Assembly (NCBI GenBank): GCA_003150355.1
Contig: QAMJ01000017.1
Span: forward strand, 32,251-96,250
Length of the DNA stretch: 64,000 nucleotides
Origin: Clostridiales bacterium
Lineage (GTDB): Bacteria; Bacillota; Clostridia; Oscillospirales; Oscillospiraceae
Reading direction: 5' to 3'
Shown: in pieces, positions 52,702 to 61,084 of the stretch
Layout: every line of letters begins with the position of its first letter
Position numbering within the stretch: the stretch's first letter is position 1
Made by a program: the position numbers and the translations under genes
Notes under the pieces: model-generated
What the model saw: the letters and a program-made list of their open reading frames with translations, nothing else
Database searches by the model: none
Told to the model about the DNA's origin: nothing

Positions 52702-54309
52702 TTAGTATGCCATGGAGTCGTCAAACTCTACGATGGTCGGGTCAAGCGGCTTCTCGTTGAGAACAACGGACATATAGTTGTTGACGCAGTTTCTCATATC
52801 CTGACGGGACACGGTGCGGCAGTCCTCAAGGTCATGCTCGATGAAGATGAAGTGGAAGCCGAGGTCGCGCGCCTGCTCCTCCATGAGAGCATGGACGCCG
52901 AGCATACCCTTGCAGGCGATATTGTCGTTGAAGAGGACCATATCGCAGTTGAAGTTCTTTGCCCACTCCCAGATGGCGTTGACGTTCTCCCAGCCGCCGA
53001 CGGCATGGTGACGCATGGTGGCCTTCTCGGAGAACACGGCCAGATCCTTGATGGCCTGCTCGGGGTTCTCCGTGTCGATCATGTTGTGACCCATGGTGGA
53101 GTCCATGTTCAGGACGATGTTGATGCCCCAGCAGTTCTGCGTCCAGGTCGGGAAGTCGGTATAATAGACCGCGGAGGGTCCCCACAGGAATGCGCGGTGG
53201 CGCGTCCTGCCGCCGAAAGGCTCATACTTCTCCTCATACGCCTTGCGCATGATCTCGATGACCTTGCGGTCGACCTTGTTGAAGTACGGATCGGTGCCGT
53301 TGACGGAAGCCCAGGAGTACAGGCGGTAGAGCGTCTCGGCGATGCCGCAGAGGGCGGCGTAGGGGGTCTTGAAGTAATCCCACTTCTCAAGCTCGATGGT
53401 GTTCTGCTCGTTCATGAGCTTTGCGTACTTGAACAGCTCGTCCCAGTCGTACTTTACGCCATATTCCTTCTCAATGAAAGCGATGGTATCCTTAAGGACC
53501 TGAGTGGAATAGGGGTGTGCGCCCGGCTCGTTGTGGATCATGGCCAGCGTTACGGGGAAGTCCGGCAGGTTCACGCGGCGGCGCTGGATCATCGAGGTGC
53601 ACTCGGAGGCGTTGCAGGGCATGTTGGTAGTGACGAAGGCCTTGCCGATTATCGGGAAGGCGTCGTCTATCGCAACGCCGGTCTCAGCCGCGCAGCGGGA
53701 GCAGACGTCAGCAGGCAGACCGAAGGATTCGGCAACGTCGATATAATACGGCTCGATATGCTGGTCAACATCGCAGATGATGAACTCAGGCAGCGTCTGG
53801 AGCGGGAAGGGGATAAGCCCCTTGAAGCCGGTCATGAACAGCGGAGGCAGGACTTCATCGAAGGGGATGAAGTCATCGCTGCGCGGGCCGCCGCCGAGAC
53901 GCTTGTCGTTTGCGAGCACGAGCGCGATGCGCTTTGTCAGGCTCTGGACGATGGCGTGCATGTTCGCATGGGCGGTGCGCAGCTCATAGCCGCGGAAGCC
54001 CTCGAACAGACGGTCGATAAACATAAAGGTGCCGAGGTAGGAGCCCATCCAACGGTACTCCCAGAAGCCCTTGAGGCAGGGGATAGGAGCGGAGGCGACC
54101 ATCTGCACCATGCTCAGCAGGTTATTGAGCCACTGGGTGTAATCATAGAAGGTGTCCTTCACGCCGCGCCATTCGCGCCATTTGGCGACGCCGGTCTTGT
54201 CATAGTAGCGGGAGCGCTGACCGCCGACACCGTGCTCGGCCTGCCAGATGGGGTCGAAGCGTTCGAGCTTTTTATCAATAGCGGCTATAAGCTTATCTGT
54301 TGCTTTCAT
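52702..54309 (-). CDS. 2-hydroxyacyl-CoA dehydratase / benzoyl-CoA reductase D-component-family protein (large, 535 aa)
   Basis: Family-typical layout with Cys-containing segments (GLPADVCSRCAAE, NMPCNASECT, NDNIACKG). Separated from the 398-aa partner by 3 nt. Confidence 0.75.
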   Translation of the reverse strand: MKATDKLIAAIDKKLERFDPIWQAEHGVGGQRSRYYDKTGVAKWREWRGVKDTFYDYTQWLNNLLSMVQMVASAPIPCLKGFWEYRWMGSYLGTFMFIDRLFEGFRGYELRTAHANMHAIVQSLTKRIALVLANDKRLGGGPRSDDFIPFDEVLPPLFMTGFKGLIPFPLQTLPEFIICDVDQHIEPYYIDVAESFGLPADVCSRCAAETGVAIDDAFPIIGKAFVTTNMPCNASECTSMIQRRRVNLPDFPVTLAMIHNEPGAHPYSTQVLKDTIAFIEKEYGVKYDWDELFKYAKLMNEQNTIELEKWDYFKTPYAALCGIAETLYRLYSWASVNGTDPYFNKVDRKVIEIMRKAYEEKYEPFGGRTRHRAFLWGPSAVYYTDFPTWTQNCWGINIVLNMDSTMGHNMIDTENPEQAIKDLAVFSEKATMRHHAVGGWENVNAIWEWAKNFNCDMVLFNDNIACKGMLGVHALMEEQARDLGFHFIFIEHDLEDCRTVSRQDMRNCVNNYMSVVLNEKPLDPTIVEFDDSMAY

Positions 54310-54312
54310 ATT

Positions 54313-55509
54313 TCACTTGCCTCCCTGTATCTGCTTGATTTCCAGAGACTCAATAAAGGCTTGGAAGCGGGTGCGGAGCTGGCCGACCGCGCCGAGAGCG
54401 TATTCCTTCTCGATGGTGCAGGTGGGGATGCCGAGCTCGTTTGTGAAAATGTGGTGGGCGAGGACCTTTTCGTAGCTCCAGAACTCGCAGAACTTCATGT
54501 TCTCATAGATGATGCCGTTGGCATGGAACTCATCGACAAGGCGCTTGACCTCACTGTGGCGCTGGTCTATCTTCTCGCCGTCCATGAAGCGGGCGCACTG
54601 GTTCCAGAACAGGTAGTGACGGCAGATGGCGTCATAGGCGCTCTCGCCGTCGCGGATCTCGATCTGCTCGCGGCCGGGGAAGGAGCCGAAGCAGTAACGG
54701 TCGGCAACGACCATCGCGCCGCAGCTCTCGACGAGCTTGGTGAAATCCGGGTCGTCTATCTCGGAGCCGACGAGCACGACCTTTGCGCGGAACGGGAACT
54801 TCTCTTCCGGTTCGCGGGTCTTGAGCTCTTCAAGCGTCTCCTCAAGGTAGGGCTTTATGAGATAATGCGGGCAGACCTGGCTGACAAGCTCGATGACGTG
54901 GAACTCATAGCCGGTGATGTTGGGGTTTTCCGCCTTGCGGAAATTGCCGATCTCGGTGATGATGCGGCTTATCTCGTTATGATCCTCGATGGCCTTGCGC
55001 ATGGCCTCCTCGGAGGTATCGATGCCGTATTCATCGTGCAGCTTGTCGACGACCTTGAGCTTGAGCTGTGCCTTGTAATAGTCAAGGTTCGTCTTATCGC
55101 CCTTCATGGGCGGGTCGATCTGGGTGACGAAGAACCTGTCGTTCTTCACGGGGTTAATGAGGAAGAAGTGCTCCTCCATACGCTCCATCGTGGCGCAGCA
55201 CTCCGCGCCGAACAGGGCGTTGAGGTAGTTGTAGCCGCCTTCGATCGCGCGCTCAAGGATGGAGCGGGCGTAGGGGCAGGTGCGGTTGGTCATGTAGTAG
55301 CTGGCGACATCGGTGGATGTGCAGCGCGGCGCTCTCAGTCTGGACGAGAAGCAGCCGGGAAGGTTAAGCAGGACCTCGGGTATGTAGTAGCAATTGTAGC
55401 CCAGAGCATACTTGCCTTCGTTCACTGCCTGAGTGACAAGCTCATTTTGAGCATCCTGAAGCAGGTTCTCAAAATAAATAAGATGCTTAAGATCTTTCAA
55501 GCAATACAC
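54313..55509 (-). CDS. 2-hydroxyacyl-CoA dehydratase-family protein (398 aa partner subunit)
   Basis: GYNCYYIPEVLL, RTCPYARS and FGAECCATMERM segments are typical of the HgdB/BcrC/BadD family. The GTG at 55509 overlaps the putative RBS, so the in-frame TTG at 55500 is an alternative start. Confidence 0.75.
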   Translation of the reverse strand: MYCLKDLKHLIYFENLLQDAQNELVTQAVNEGKYALGYNCYYIPEVLLNLPGCFSSRLRAPRCTSTDVASYYMTNRTCPYARSILERAIEGGYNYLNALFGAECCATMERMEEHFFLINPVKNDRFFVTQIDPPMKGDKTNLDYYKAQLKLKVVDKLHDEYGIDTSEEAMRKAIEDHNEISRIITEIGNFRKAENPNITGYEFHVIELVSQVCPHYLIKPYLEETLEELKTREPEEKFPFRAKVVLVGSEIDDPDFTKLVESCGAMVVADRYCFGSFPGREQIEIRDGESAYDAICRHYLFWNQCARFMDGEKIDQRHSEVKRLVDEFHANGIIYENMKFCEFWSYEKVLAHHIFTNELGIPTCTIEKEYALGAVGQLRTRFQAFIESLEIKQIQGGK

Positions 55510-55584
55510 CTCTTTTGAAATTTTTCCGTTTTCCGCAAGGCAAGCGTGCCGCAGCGCATCGCAGGCGCGCTCGCTTATGACAAA

Positions 55585-55613
55585 AGTTTAGCACATCGGA
55601 ACTCGATAGTCAA
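55585..55613 (-). promoter_or_regulatory. SigA-type promoter candidate for the dehydratase-like operon
   Basis: On the minus strand: TTGACT, 17-nt spacer, TAAACT. It lies about 70 nt upstream of the start. Confidence 0.35.
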
Positions 55614-55860
55614 GGAAATCACTGAAATCTCTTGGTATTTTCAACTTTTTTTCACCGTATCGCAAACGTGTTCTGACACGCAGGAGGCTTTTGTATAGCC
55701 TTGCCTAACATTATATCCGGAAGAAAATTTACCGACGATTCACATATCGCTCTTGCACACGGCGCAGAAAAATGTTAATCTGTTCTCAGGGGAAACCGAC
55801 CACGGTGCCGGTTTCCGGTTTACGAAAATCTAAACATAATTTACAGGGAGAGTGGTTATT

Positions 55861-56274
55861 ATGGTCAAACTGATTATAGGCCTGAAGGGATCCGGCAAGA
55901 CGAAAGCTCTGGTGGGTCTGGTATGCAAAGCGGTCGATGAGGATACCGGCGACGTTATCTGCATCGAGAAGGATCGCAAGCTCACTTATGACATTCCTTA
56001 CAAGGCGCGTCTTATCGACGCCGGCAGCTACGATATCGGCAGCTATGAGTTCCTGAAGGGCTTCATTTCCGGTATACACGCAGGCAATTATGACATTACC
56101 CACTTCTTCATTGATAATTTCTTCAAGCTCGTGGATGATAAGTCCGAGGGCTCGCTCGTCGGCTTCATCCAGTGGCTGGCGGCATACTCCGATAAGGAGA
56201 ACATCGAATTCGTCATCAGCATCTCGATGGATCCCGAGACTGCACCCGACGTGCTGAAGCAGTACATGATATAA
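55861..56274 (+). CDS. small P-loop NTPase-like protein (137 aa), family unassigned
   Basis: ORF 55852..56274, with ATG at 55861 eight nt after AGGGAGAG. Walker A GLKGSGKTK. Candidate Walker B HFFIDNF. Confidence 0.55.
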   Translation: MVKLIIGLKGSGKTKALVGLVCKAVDEDTGDVICIEKDRKLTYDIPYKARLIDAGSYDIGSYEFLKGFISGIHAGNYDITHFFIDNFFKLVDDKSEGSLVGFIQWLAAYSDKENIEFVISISMDPETAPDVLKQYMI

Positions 56275-56280
56275 ATAACA

Positions 56281-56311
56281 ACAGGCTCGCCGCAAATCAC
56301 GGCGAGCCTGT
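56281..56311. terminator. bidirectional terminator
   Basis: 12-bp stem ACAGGCTCGCCG/CGGCGAGCCTGT, followed by TTGTTT. Confidence 0.7.
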
Positions 56312-56315
56312 TTGT

Positions 56316-56795
56316 TTATGCAAAGCGATACGCTAAGAATACGAGCGCGGCGATGACAATGATGACGATGACCGGGACGAGCGGGTTCATCTGATCCTGC
56401 GCCGCCCTGTGCGCGTCACCGTATTCCTCGGTGAGACTGTCCCGCCCCGAGACGGCGCACATGCAGGCACAGCACAGCTCCCGCGCGTCCTCGGCGGGAA
56501 TGTCCGGAAGCGCCTGCGCGAGCCTTGCGGCGAGGGCGTCCATCGCGCGGCGCTGCTCATCGGCAGAGCTGCACCGGAGCCGGGTAAGCTCCGCGCCGCC
56601 GTCCAGCTCCGCGAACGTTTCAAACAGCCGGTATACCGCGCCGTCACGGTCGGCGCGCCAATAGCGCAGCACCGCTGCCCTGAACACGAGGCGGGTCGTA
56701 AAGGTCGCGTCCGAGCCGTAGCCGGAGTTTTCATTCACCTGCCTGAGCGCTGCCTTGAGGCACTCAAGCTCTGTGCGCTCCTGCTCCGTCATCAC
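56316..56795 (-). CDS. hypothetical protein with a C-terminal TM anchor
   Basis: 159 aa. The start overlaps the stop of the S4-domain gene (ATGA). Cys cluster CCACMC. C-terminal LVPVIVIIVIAALVFLAY. Confidence 0.5.
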   Translation of the reverse strand: MMTEQERTELECLKAALRQVNENSGYGSDATFTTRLVFRAAVLRYWRADRDGAVYRLFETFAELDGGAELTRLRCSSADEQRRAMDALAARLAQALPDIPAEDARELCCACMCAVSGRDSLTEEYGDAHRAAQDQMNPLVPVIVIIVIAALVFLAYRFA

Positions 56796-57034
56796 GGAAG
56801 CTCCTTGTACATTGCGGGCGCATCCGCCTTGGTCGCGTTCTCGGTCACGGCGGTGACCTCGACCTTGAGAGTGCGCTGGCCGAAGGCGATCTCGATCACG
56901 TCGCCGACCTTGACCTGATAGCTGGCCTTGACCTGCCTGCCGTTTACGCTGACGCGCTCGCCGTCGCAGGCGTCGTTGGCGACAGTGCGGCGCTTTATCA
57001 GCCGGGAAACTTTCAGATATTTATCGAGCCTCAT
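56792..57034 (-). CDS. S4-domain RNA-binding protein (YabO/Hsp15-like)
   Basis: ORF 56792..57124, with start refined to MRLDKYLKVSRLIKRRTVA at 57034, 6 nt after GGAG. Confidence 0.8.
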   Translation of the reverse strand: MRLDKYLKVSRLIKRRTVANDACDGERVSVNGRQVKASYQVKVGDVIEIAFGQRTLKVEVTAVTENATKADAPAMYKELP

Positions 57035-57133
57035 CATAAACTCCTTATGAATGGATGACACCATCAGCTGATGGTATTTATAAAACAGCCGCCTTTTCTG
57101 AACGGAAAGGCGGCTGAAAATCAAAGCTTATTC

Positions 57134-57409
57134 TTACTTTGCGACGACGTCCTTCAGAGCCTTACCGGCCTTGAAAACGGGAACGCGGCTTGCGGGGATC
57201 TGGATCTCTTCCTTGGTCTTGGGGTTGCGGCCGACGCGGGCGTTGCGCTCCTTGACCTCAAATGCGCCGAAGCCGACGAGCTGAACCTTGTCACCGCCGA
57301 CGAGAGCTGCGGTAATGGCCTCGAATGCTGCATTAACGGCCTTTTCGCTGTCCTTCTTGGAAAGAGCGGTCTTCTCTGCGACGGCTGCTACGAGTTCTGC
57401 CTTATTCAT
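57134..57409 (-). CDS. hup: DNA-binding protein HU
   Basis: [32 protein letters not shown]...[39 protein letters not shown]. Confidence 0.9.
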   Translation of the reverse strand: MNKAELVAAVAEKTALSKKDSEKAVNAAFEAITAALVGGDKVQLVGFGAFEVKERNARVGRNPKTKEEIQIPASRVPVFKAGKALKDVVAK

Positions 57410-57587
57410 TATATATTTCCTCCTAATTGATTCTACGGCTTGCTGCCTGTTTATTGGAGTGTTCCCCAAAAGGCGGTGGAATACTCATTGCCGTACTGCC
57501 CGCTGAACGGACAGCAGTCAAACTCTACCACACTTTTCCCTGTTAATCAAGAGAAAATTGCAATATAATCAGAGTTTCACATAAAAA

Positions 57588-59228
57588 TTAACGGATGTGC
57601 AAGAAATTCGCGATTTTTTCCCCGCCGGGGATGAGTTTCATGTCCTCTTTGGTGATGGAGCGGAGCGCGATAGTCGACACGAGATACACTATCACCGCGA
57701 CGGCGATGGCCACAAGCATGCACAGCGCGATGCGCGACCACGAGGCTGCACCGATAAAGCGCGAGCACAGGCCGTATATCGCCCAGGCTGCCGCGCCCAT
57801 GAGGACGCTTGCGGCGAGGGGACGGGCAAAGATGCCGAAGAGCTTCGGGCGGTGATTGAGAGCGACACATATAAAGATGTAGTTCATCAGCGCCATGACG
57901 ATGTAGCTGACGAGAGTACCGACCGGCGCGCCGTATATGTTGATGGAGCGCTGCGCGACGAGGAACCAGTTGACAATGATCTTCACAAGCCCGCCGCTTA
58001 TCATTGTGACCATCGTGAGCTTTTCGTGCCCGGAGGCCTGGAGAATGGCGTTTTCCATCAGCACTGTGCAGACGAAGAACGAAGCCGCGCCCATTATTGC
58101 CAGCAGTCCCGGACCCGCGGCGTTGCTGTTGGGGTAGAGGACGTTCATTATCGGGTAGGCAAGGACAGTGAGCCCCACACCCATCGGCAGGCTGATGACG
58201 GCGGAGATGCGCATCGCGTCCGCCGAGGTCCTGCGTGCAGCGGCGTTTGCGCCCTTGGCGATAGCGCCGGATATCTCCGGGACGATCGCTATCGTGAGCG
58301 GCGTTATGAAAGCCGCAGGGAGATTGAAGAGCGTCTGCGCCTTGCCGTATACGCCGTAGAGTACCTTCGCCTGATAATAGGAGAAGCCCGCGGCGGACTG
58401 GAGACGGTTCATGCAGAGCTTGGAGTCGACGGAGTTGAGGATGGCCATGATGCATGCGCCGAATGCGATGGGGATGCCGATGGAGAGAATATCCTTGACG
58501 ATCTTCCACGCGGGGGCGACGACCCCATCATCGTCAGGCGTGTCGTTCGGGTCGTGGATACCGGCAGTGTAGGGGGCGGAGAGCTCGGAGTAATGGCGGC
58601 GCTTGTATATTATCATATACAGCAGGGAAATGACCGAGCCGATGGAGACGCCGAGTATCGCGCCGGCGGAGCCCACGGGCTTGCCGAAGCCGGCCTTGAG
58701 CAGGCACGAGGCGAGGATAAGCCCGGAGATGACCTTGAAGAGCACCTCGAGCACTTCATCCACCGTCGTGGGGATCATGTTGCCGTTGCCCTGACAGTAG
58801 CCGCGGTAGGCGGAGACAAGGCACACCAGCAGTATTGACGGCGCCATGGCCTTTATGCTCAGCGCGGCGTCGGGGTTCTCAAGGTACTTCGCGGCGAGCC
58901 ATTCCGGGAACAGGAACAGGATCAGCGCGAAGATGACGCCTATCACCGCAAAGGTCGCGAGTGCGACGCGGAAAGTCTTTTCCTCCTGCTTTGCGCGGCC
59001 GTTCGCGTCGGCCTCGGCGATGAGGCGCGAGAGTGCAACGGGAAGACCCGCTGTTGCCAGAGTGAAGAAGATGAAATAGATACTGTAGGCGCTGGTGAAC
59101 ATGGAATAGCCTTCATCGCCCAGTATGTTGCCGAGAGGTATTTTATAGATGAAGCCCAGCAGCTTCATTATGATAACGCCGACGGTGAGTATCGCGGCGC
59201 CGTGTATGAAATTCTGCTTCTTTGCCAT
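57588..59228 (-). CDS. MOP-superfamily flippase (polysaccharide biosynthesis / SpoVB-MurJ-like)
   Basis: ORF 57588..59291, with ATG at 59228 after AGGAGGG. About 14 TM segments. Confidence 0.8.
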   Translation of the reverse strand: MAKKQNFIHGAAILTVGVIIMKLLGFIYKIPLGNILGDEGYSMFTSAYSIYFIFFTLATAGLPVALSRLIAEADANGRAKQEEKTFRVALATFAVIGVIFALILFLFPEWLAAKYLENPDAALSIKAMAPSILLVCLVSAYRGYCQGNGNMIPTTVDEVLEVLFKVISGLILASCLLKAGFGKPVGSAGAILGVSIGSVISLLYMIIYKRRHYSELSAPYTAGIHDPNDTPDDDGVVAPAWKIVKDILSIGIPIAFGACIMAILNSVDSKLCMNRLQSAAGFSYYQAKVLYGVYGKAQTLFNLPAAFITPLTIAIVPEISGAIAKGANAAARRTSADAMRISAVISLPMGVGLTVLAYPIMNVLYPNSNAAGPGLLAIMGAASFFVCTVLMENAILQASGHEKLTMVTMISGGLVKIIVNWFLVAQRSINIYGAPVGTLVSYIVMALMNYIFICVALNHRPKLFGIFARPLAASVLMGAAAWAIYGLCSRFIGAASWSRIALCMLVAIAVAVIVYLVSTIALRSITKEDMKLIPGGEKIANFLHIR

Positions 59229-59341
59229 GCGGTGCCCTCCTGAAAGCAGAGATACTATAAATTTGAAAATACGTTCCAAATATACACGCATAATAACAAA
59301 AAATCAAGGGCAATACCGCGCATGGTACTGCCCTTATGATC

Positions 59342-60715
59342 TTAGTGCTTCGACAGGATGTGGCGCGCCACGTGTACGCCGCTTGCGGAGGCGTGGGACA
59401 GGGAGTGCGTGACACCGGAGCAGTCGCCGATGACATACAGACCGGGGCACTTGGTCTGGAGATCGTCGTCGATCTCGACTTCCATATTATAGAACTTGAC
59501 CTCAACGCCGTAGAGCAGAGTGTCGTCATTGGCGGTGCCGGGGGCAATCTTGTCAAGGGCGTAGATCATCTCGATGATGCCGTCGAGTATACGCTTGGGG
59601 ATGACAAGGCTCAGGTCGCCGGGAGTGGCAGCGAGGGTCGGCGTGACGAAGTTTTCCTGGATCCTGCGCTCGGTGCTGCGGCGGCCGCGGACAAGGTCAC
59701 CGAAGCGCTGCACCATGACGCCGCCGCCGAGCATGTTCGACAGGCGCGCGATGCTCTCGCCGTAGCCATTGGAGTCCTTGAACGGCTCGGAGAAGTGCTT
59801 GGAGACGAGCAGGGCGAAGTTCGTGTTCTCGGTGTGCTTTGCGGGATCCTCATAGCTGTGGCCGTTGACGGTGACGATGCCGTTGGTGTTCTCGTTGACG
59901 ACGACGCCGTGCGGGTTCATGCAGAAAGTGCGCACCAGATCCTCGAACTTCTCCGTACGGTAGACTATCTTGCTCTCATAGAGCTCATCGGTGAGGTGGG
60001 AGAATATCTCCGCGGGCAGTTCGACGCGCACGCCGATGTCGACGCGGTTGGACTTGGTCGGGATATCCAGCGAGGAGCAGACGGATTCCATCCACTTGCT
60101 GCCGCTGCGGCCGACGGAGATGATGCAGTCGGTGCAGGTGTAGCTCTCATTGCCGAGCCGGACCTCGTAGCCGCCCTCGACCTTGGCAACGCCCGTGACG
60201 GCGGACTCAAAGTGGAAGTCCACGCAATCCTTGAGCTCGTTGTATATGTTCTCCAGCACGACGTAGTTTATGTCGGTGCCGAGGTGGCGCACCTGCGCGT
60301 CAAGCAGATGCAGGCCGTTTTCAAGGCACATGCGCTTGATGCCGGTGTTCGCGGTGGAGTAGAGCTTCGTGCCCTCGCCGCCGTGGGTGCGGTTTATTTC
60401 ATCGACGTACATCATGAGGTCGATCGCTTCCTGCTTGCCGACATGCTCATAGAGCGTGCCGCCGAACTGGTTGGTGATGTTGTACTTACCGTCGGAGAAA
60501 GCGCCCGCGCCGCCGAAGCCGCTCATTATATTGCAGATATTGCACTTGACGCAGGACTTGATCTTTTTGCCGTCGATGGGGCATCTGCGCTTATCCAGCG
60601 GACGGCCAAGCTCGAACACCGCGACCTTGAGACCGCGGTTTGCCTTGACCAGCTCATAGGCGGAGAAGATACCGCCGGGGCCCGCACCGATAACTATTAC
60701 GTCGTAATCTGCCAT
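59342..60715 (-). CDS. FAD-dependent oxidoreductase (uncharacterised dehydrogenase family)
   Basis: N-terminal dinucleotide fold MADYDVIVIGAGPGGIFSAYEL. C-terminal GLYVIGDCSG. Confidence 0.8.
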   Translation of the reverse strand: MADYDVIVIGAGPGGIFSAYELVKANRGLKVAVFELGRPLDKRRCPIDGKKIKSCVKCNICNIMSGFGGAGAFSDGKYNITNQFGGTLYEHVGKQEAIDLMMYVDEINRTHGGEGTKLYSTANTGIKRMCLENGLHLLDAQVRHLGTDINYVVLENIYNELKDCVDFHFESAVTGVAKVEGGYEVRLGNESYTCTDCIISVGRSGSKWMESVCSSLDIPTKSNRVDIGVRVELPAEIFSHLTDELYESKIVYRTEKFEDLVRTFCMNPHGVVVNENTNGIVTVNGHSYEDPAKHTENTNFALLVSKHFSEPFKDSNGYGESIARLSNMLGGGVMVQRFGDLVRGRRSTERRIQENFVTPTLAATPGDLSLVIPKRILDGIIEMIYALDKIAPGTANDDTLLYGVEVKFYNMEVEIDDDLQTKCPGLYVIGDCSGVTHSLSHASASGVHVARHILSKH

Positions 60716-60871
60716 TTTGAATCAATTCCTCTTTCTTTCGCAAAAAAATATACTGCCTGTCGTGTGCCCGGTTCCCGGTGGGAACAGCAGCCGACAGAGC
60801 AGCGTCAATGTATCCTCGATTAGACTAACACACTTGACACCCGAAGTCAAGTGAATGAACTGTAAACATAT

Positions 60872-60912
60872 CTTTTTGCCAAAGAACCTCTTAGATGTTC
60901 TTTGGCAAAAAG
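60872..60912. terminator. 16-bp stem-loop flanked by T-tract and A-tract (bidirectional terminator-like)
   Basis: CTTTTTGCCAAAGAAC-N9-GTTCTTTGGCAAAAAG. Confidence 0.5.
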
Positions 60913-61027
60913 GGGCTGCACTCCGTTCTGCGCCTCATTGTCCGCTTTAAGCGGACAATTCGACACTCACTTCGTGAGAAGTATTTTCTCCGACGTACAC
61001 GCCGCCGGAGAAAATGTATTTGACTGA

Positions 61028-61049
61028 TTTTTTGCCTGCGGGCAAAAAA
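61028..61049 (-). terminator. terminator after the 622-aa gene
   Basis: TTTTTTGCC-TGCG-GGCAAAAAA, 36 nt downstream of the stop at 61085. Confidence 0.6.
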
Positions 61050-61084
61050 CTCTGCGAGGCTTTTTCCAATCTGTAATTGCGTGT

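Noticed and set aside
52534-55518. 994-aa ORF on the plus strand spanning both dehydratase-like genes
   Set aside because: It is antisense to two ORFs with clear family motifs. Its translation is low-complexity (rich in A, G, V, D, L and E), as expected for stop-free antisense frames in high-GC coding DNA, and it has no recognisable domain.
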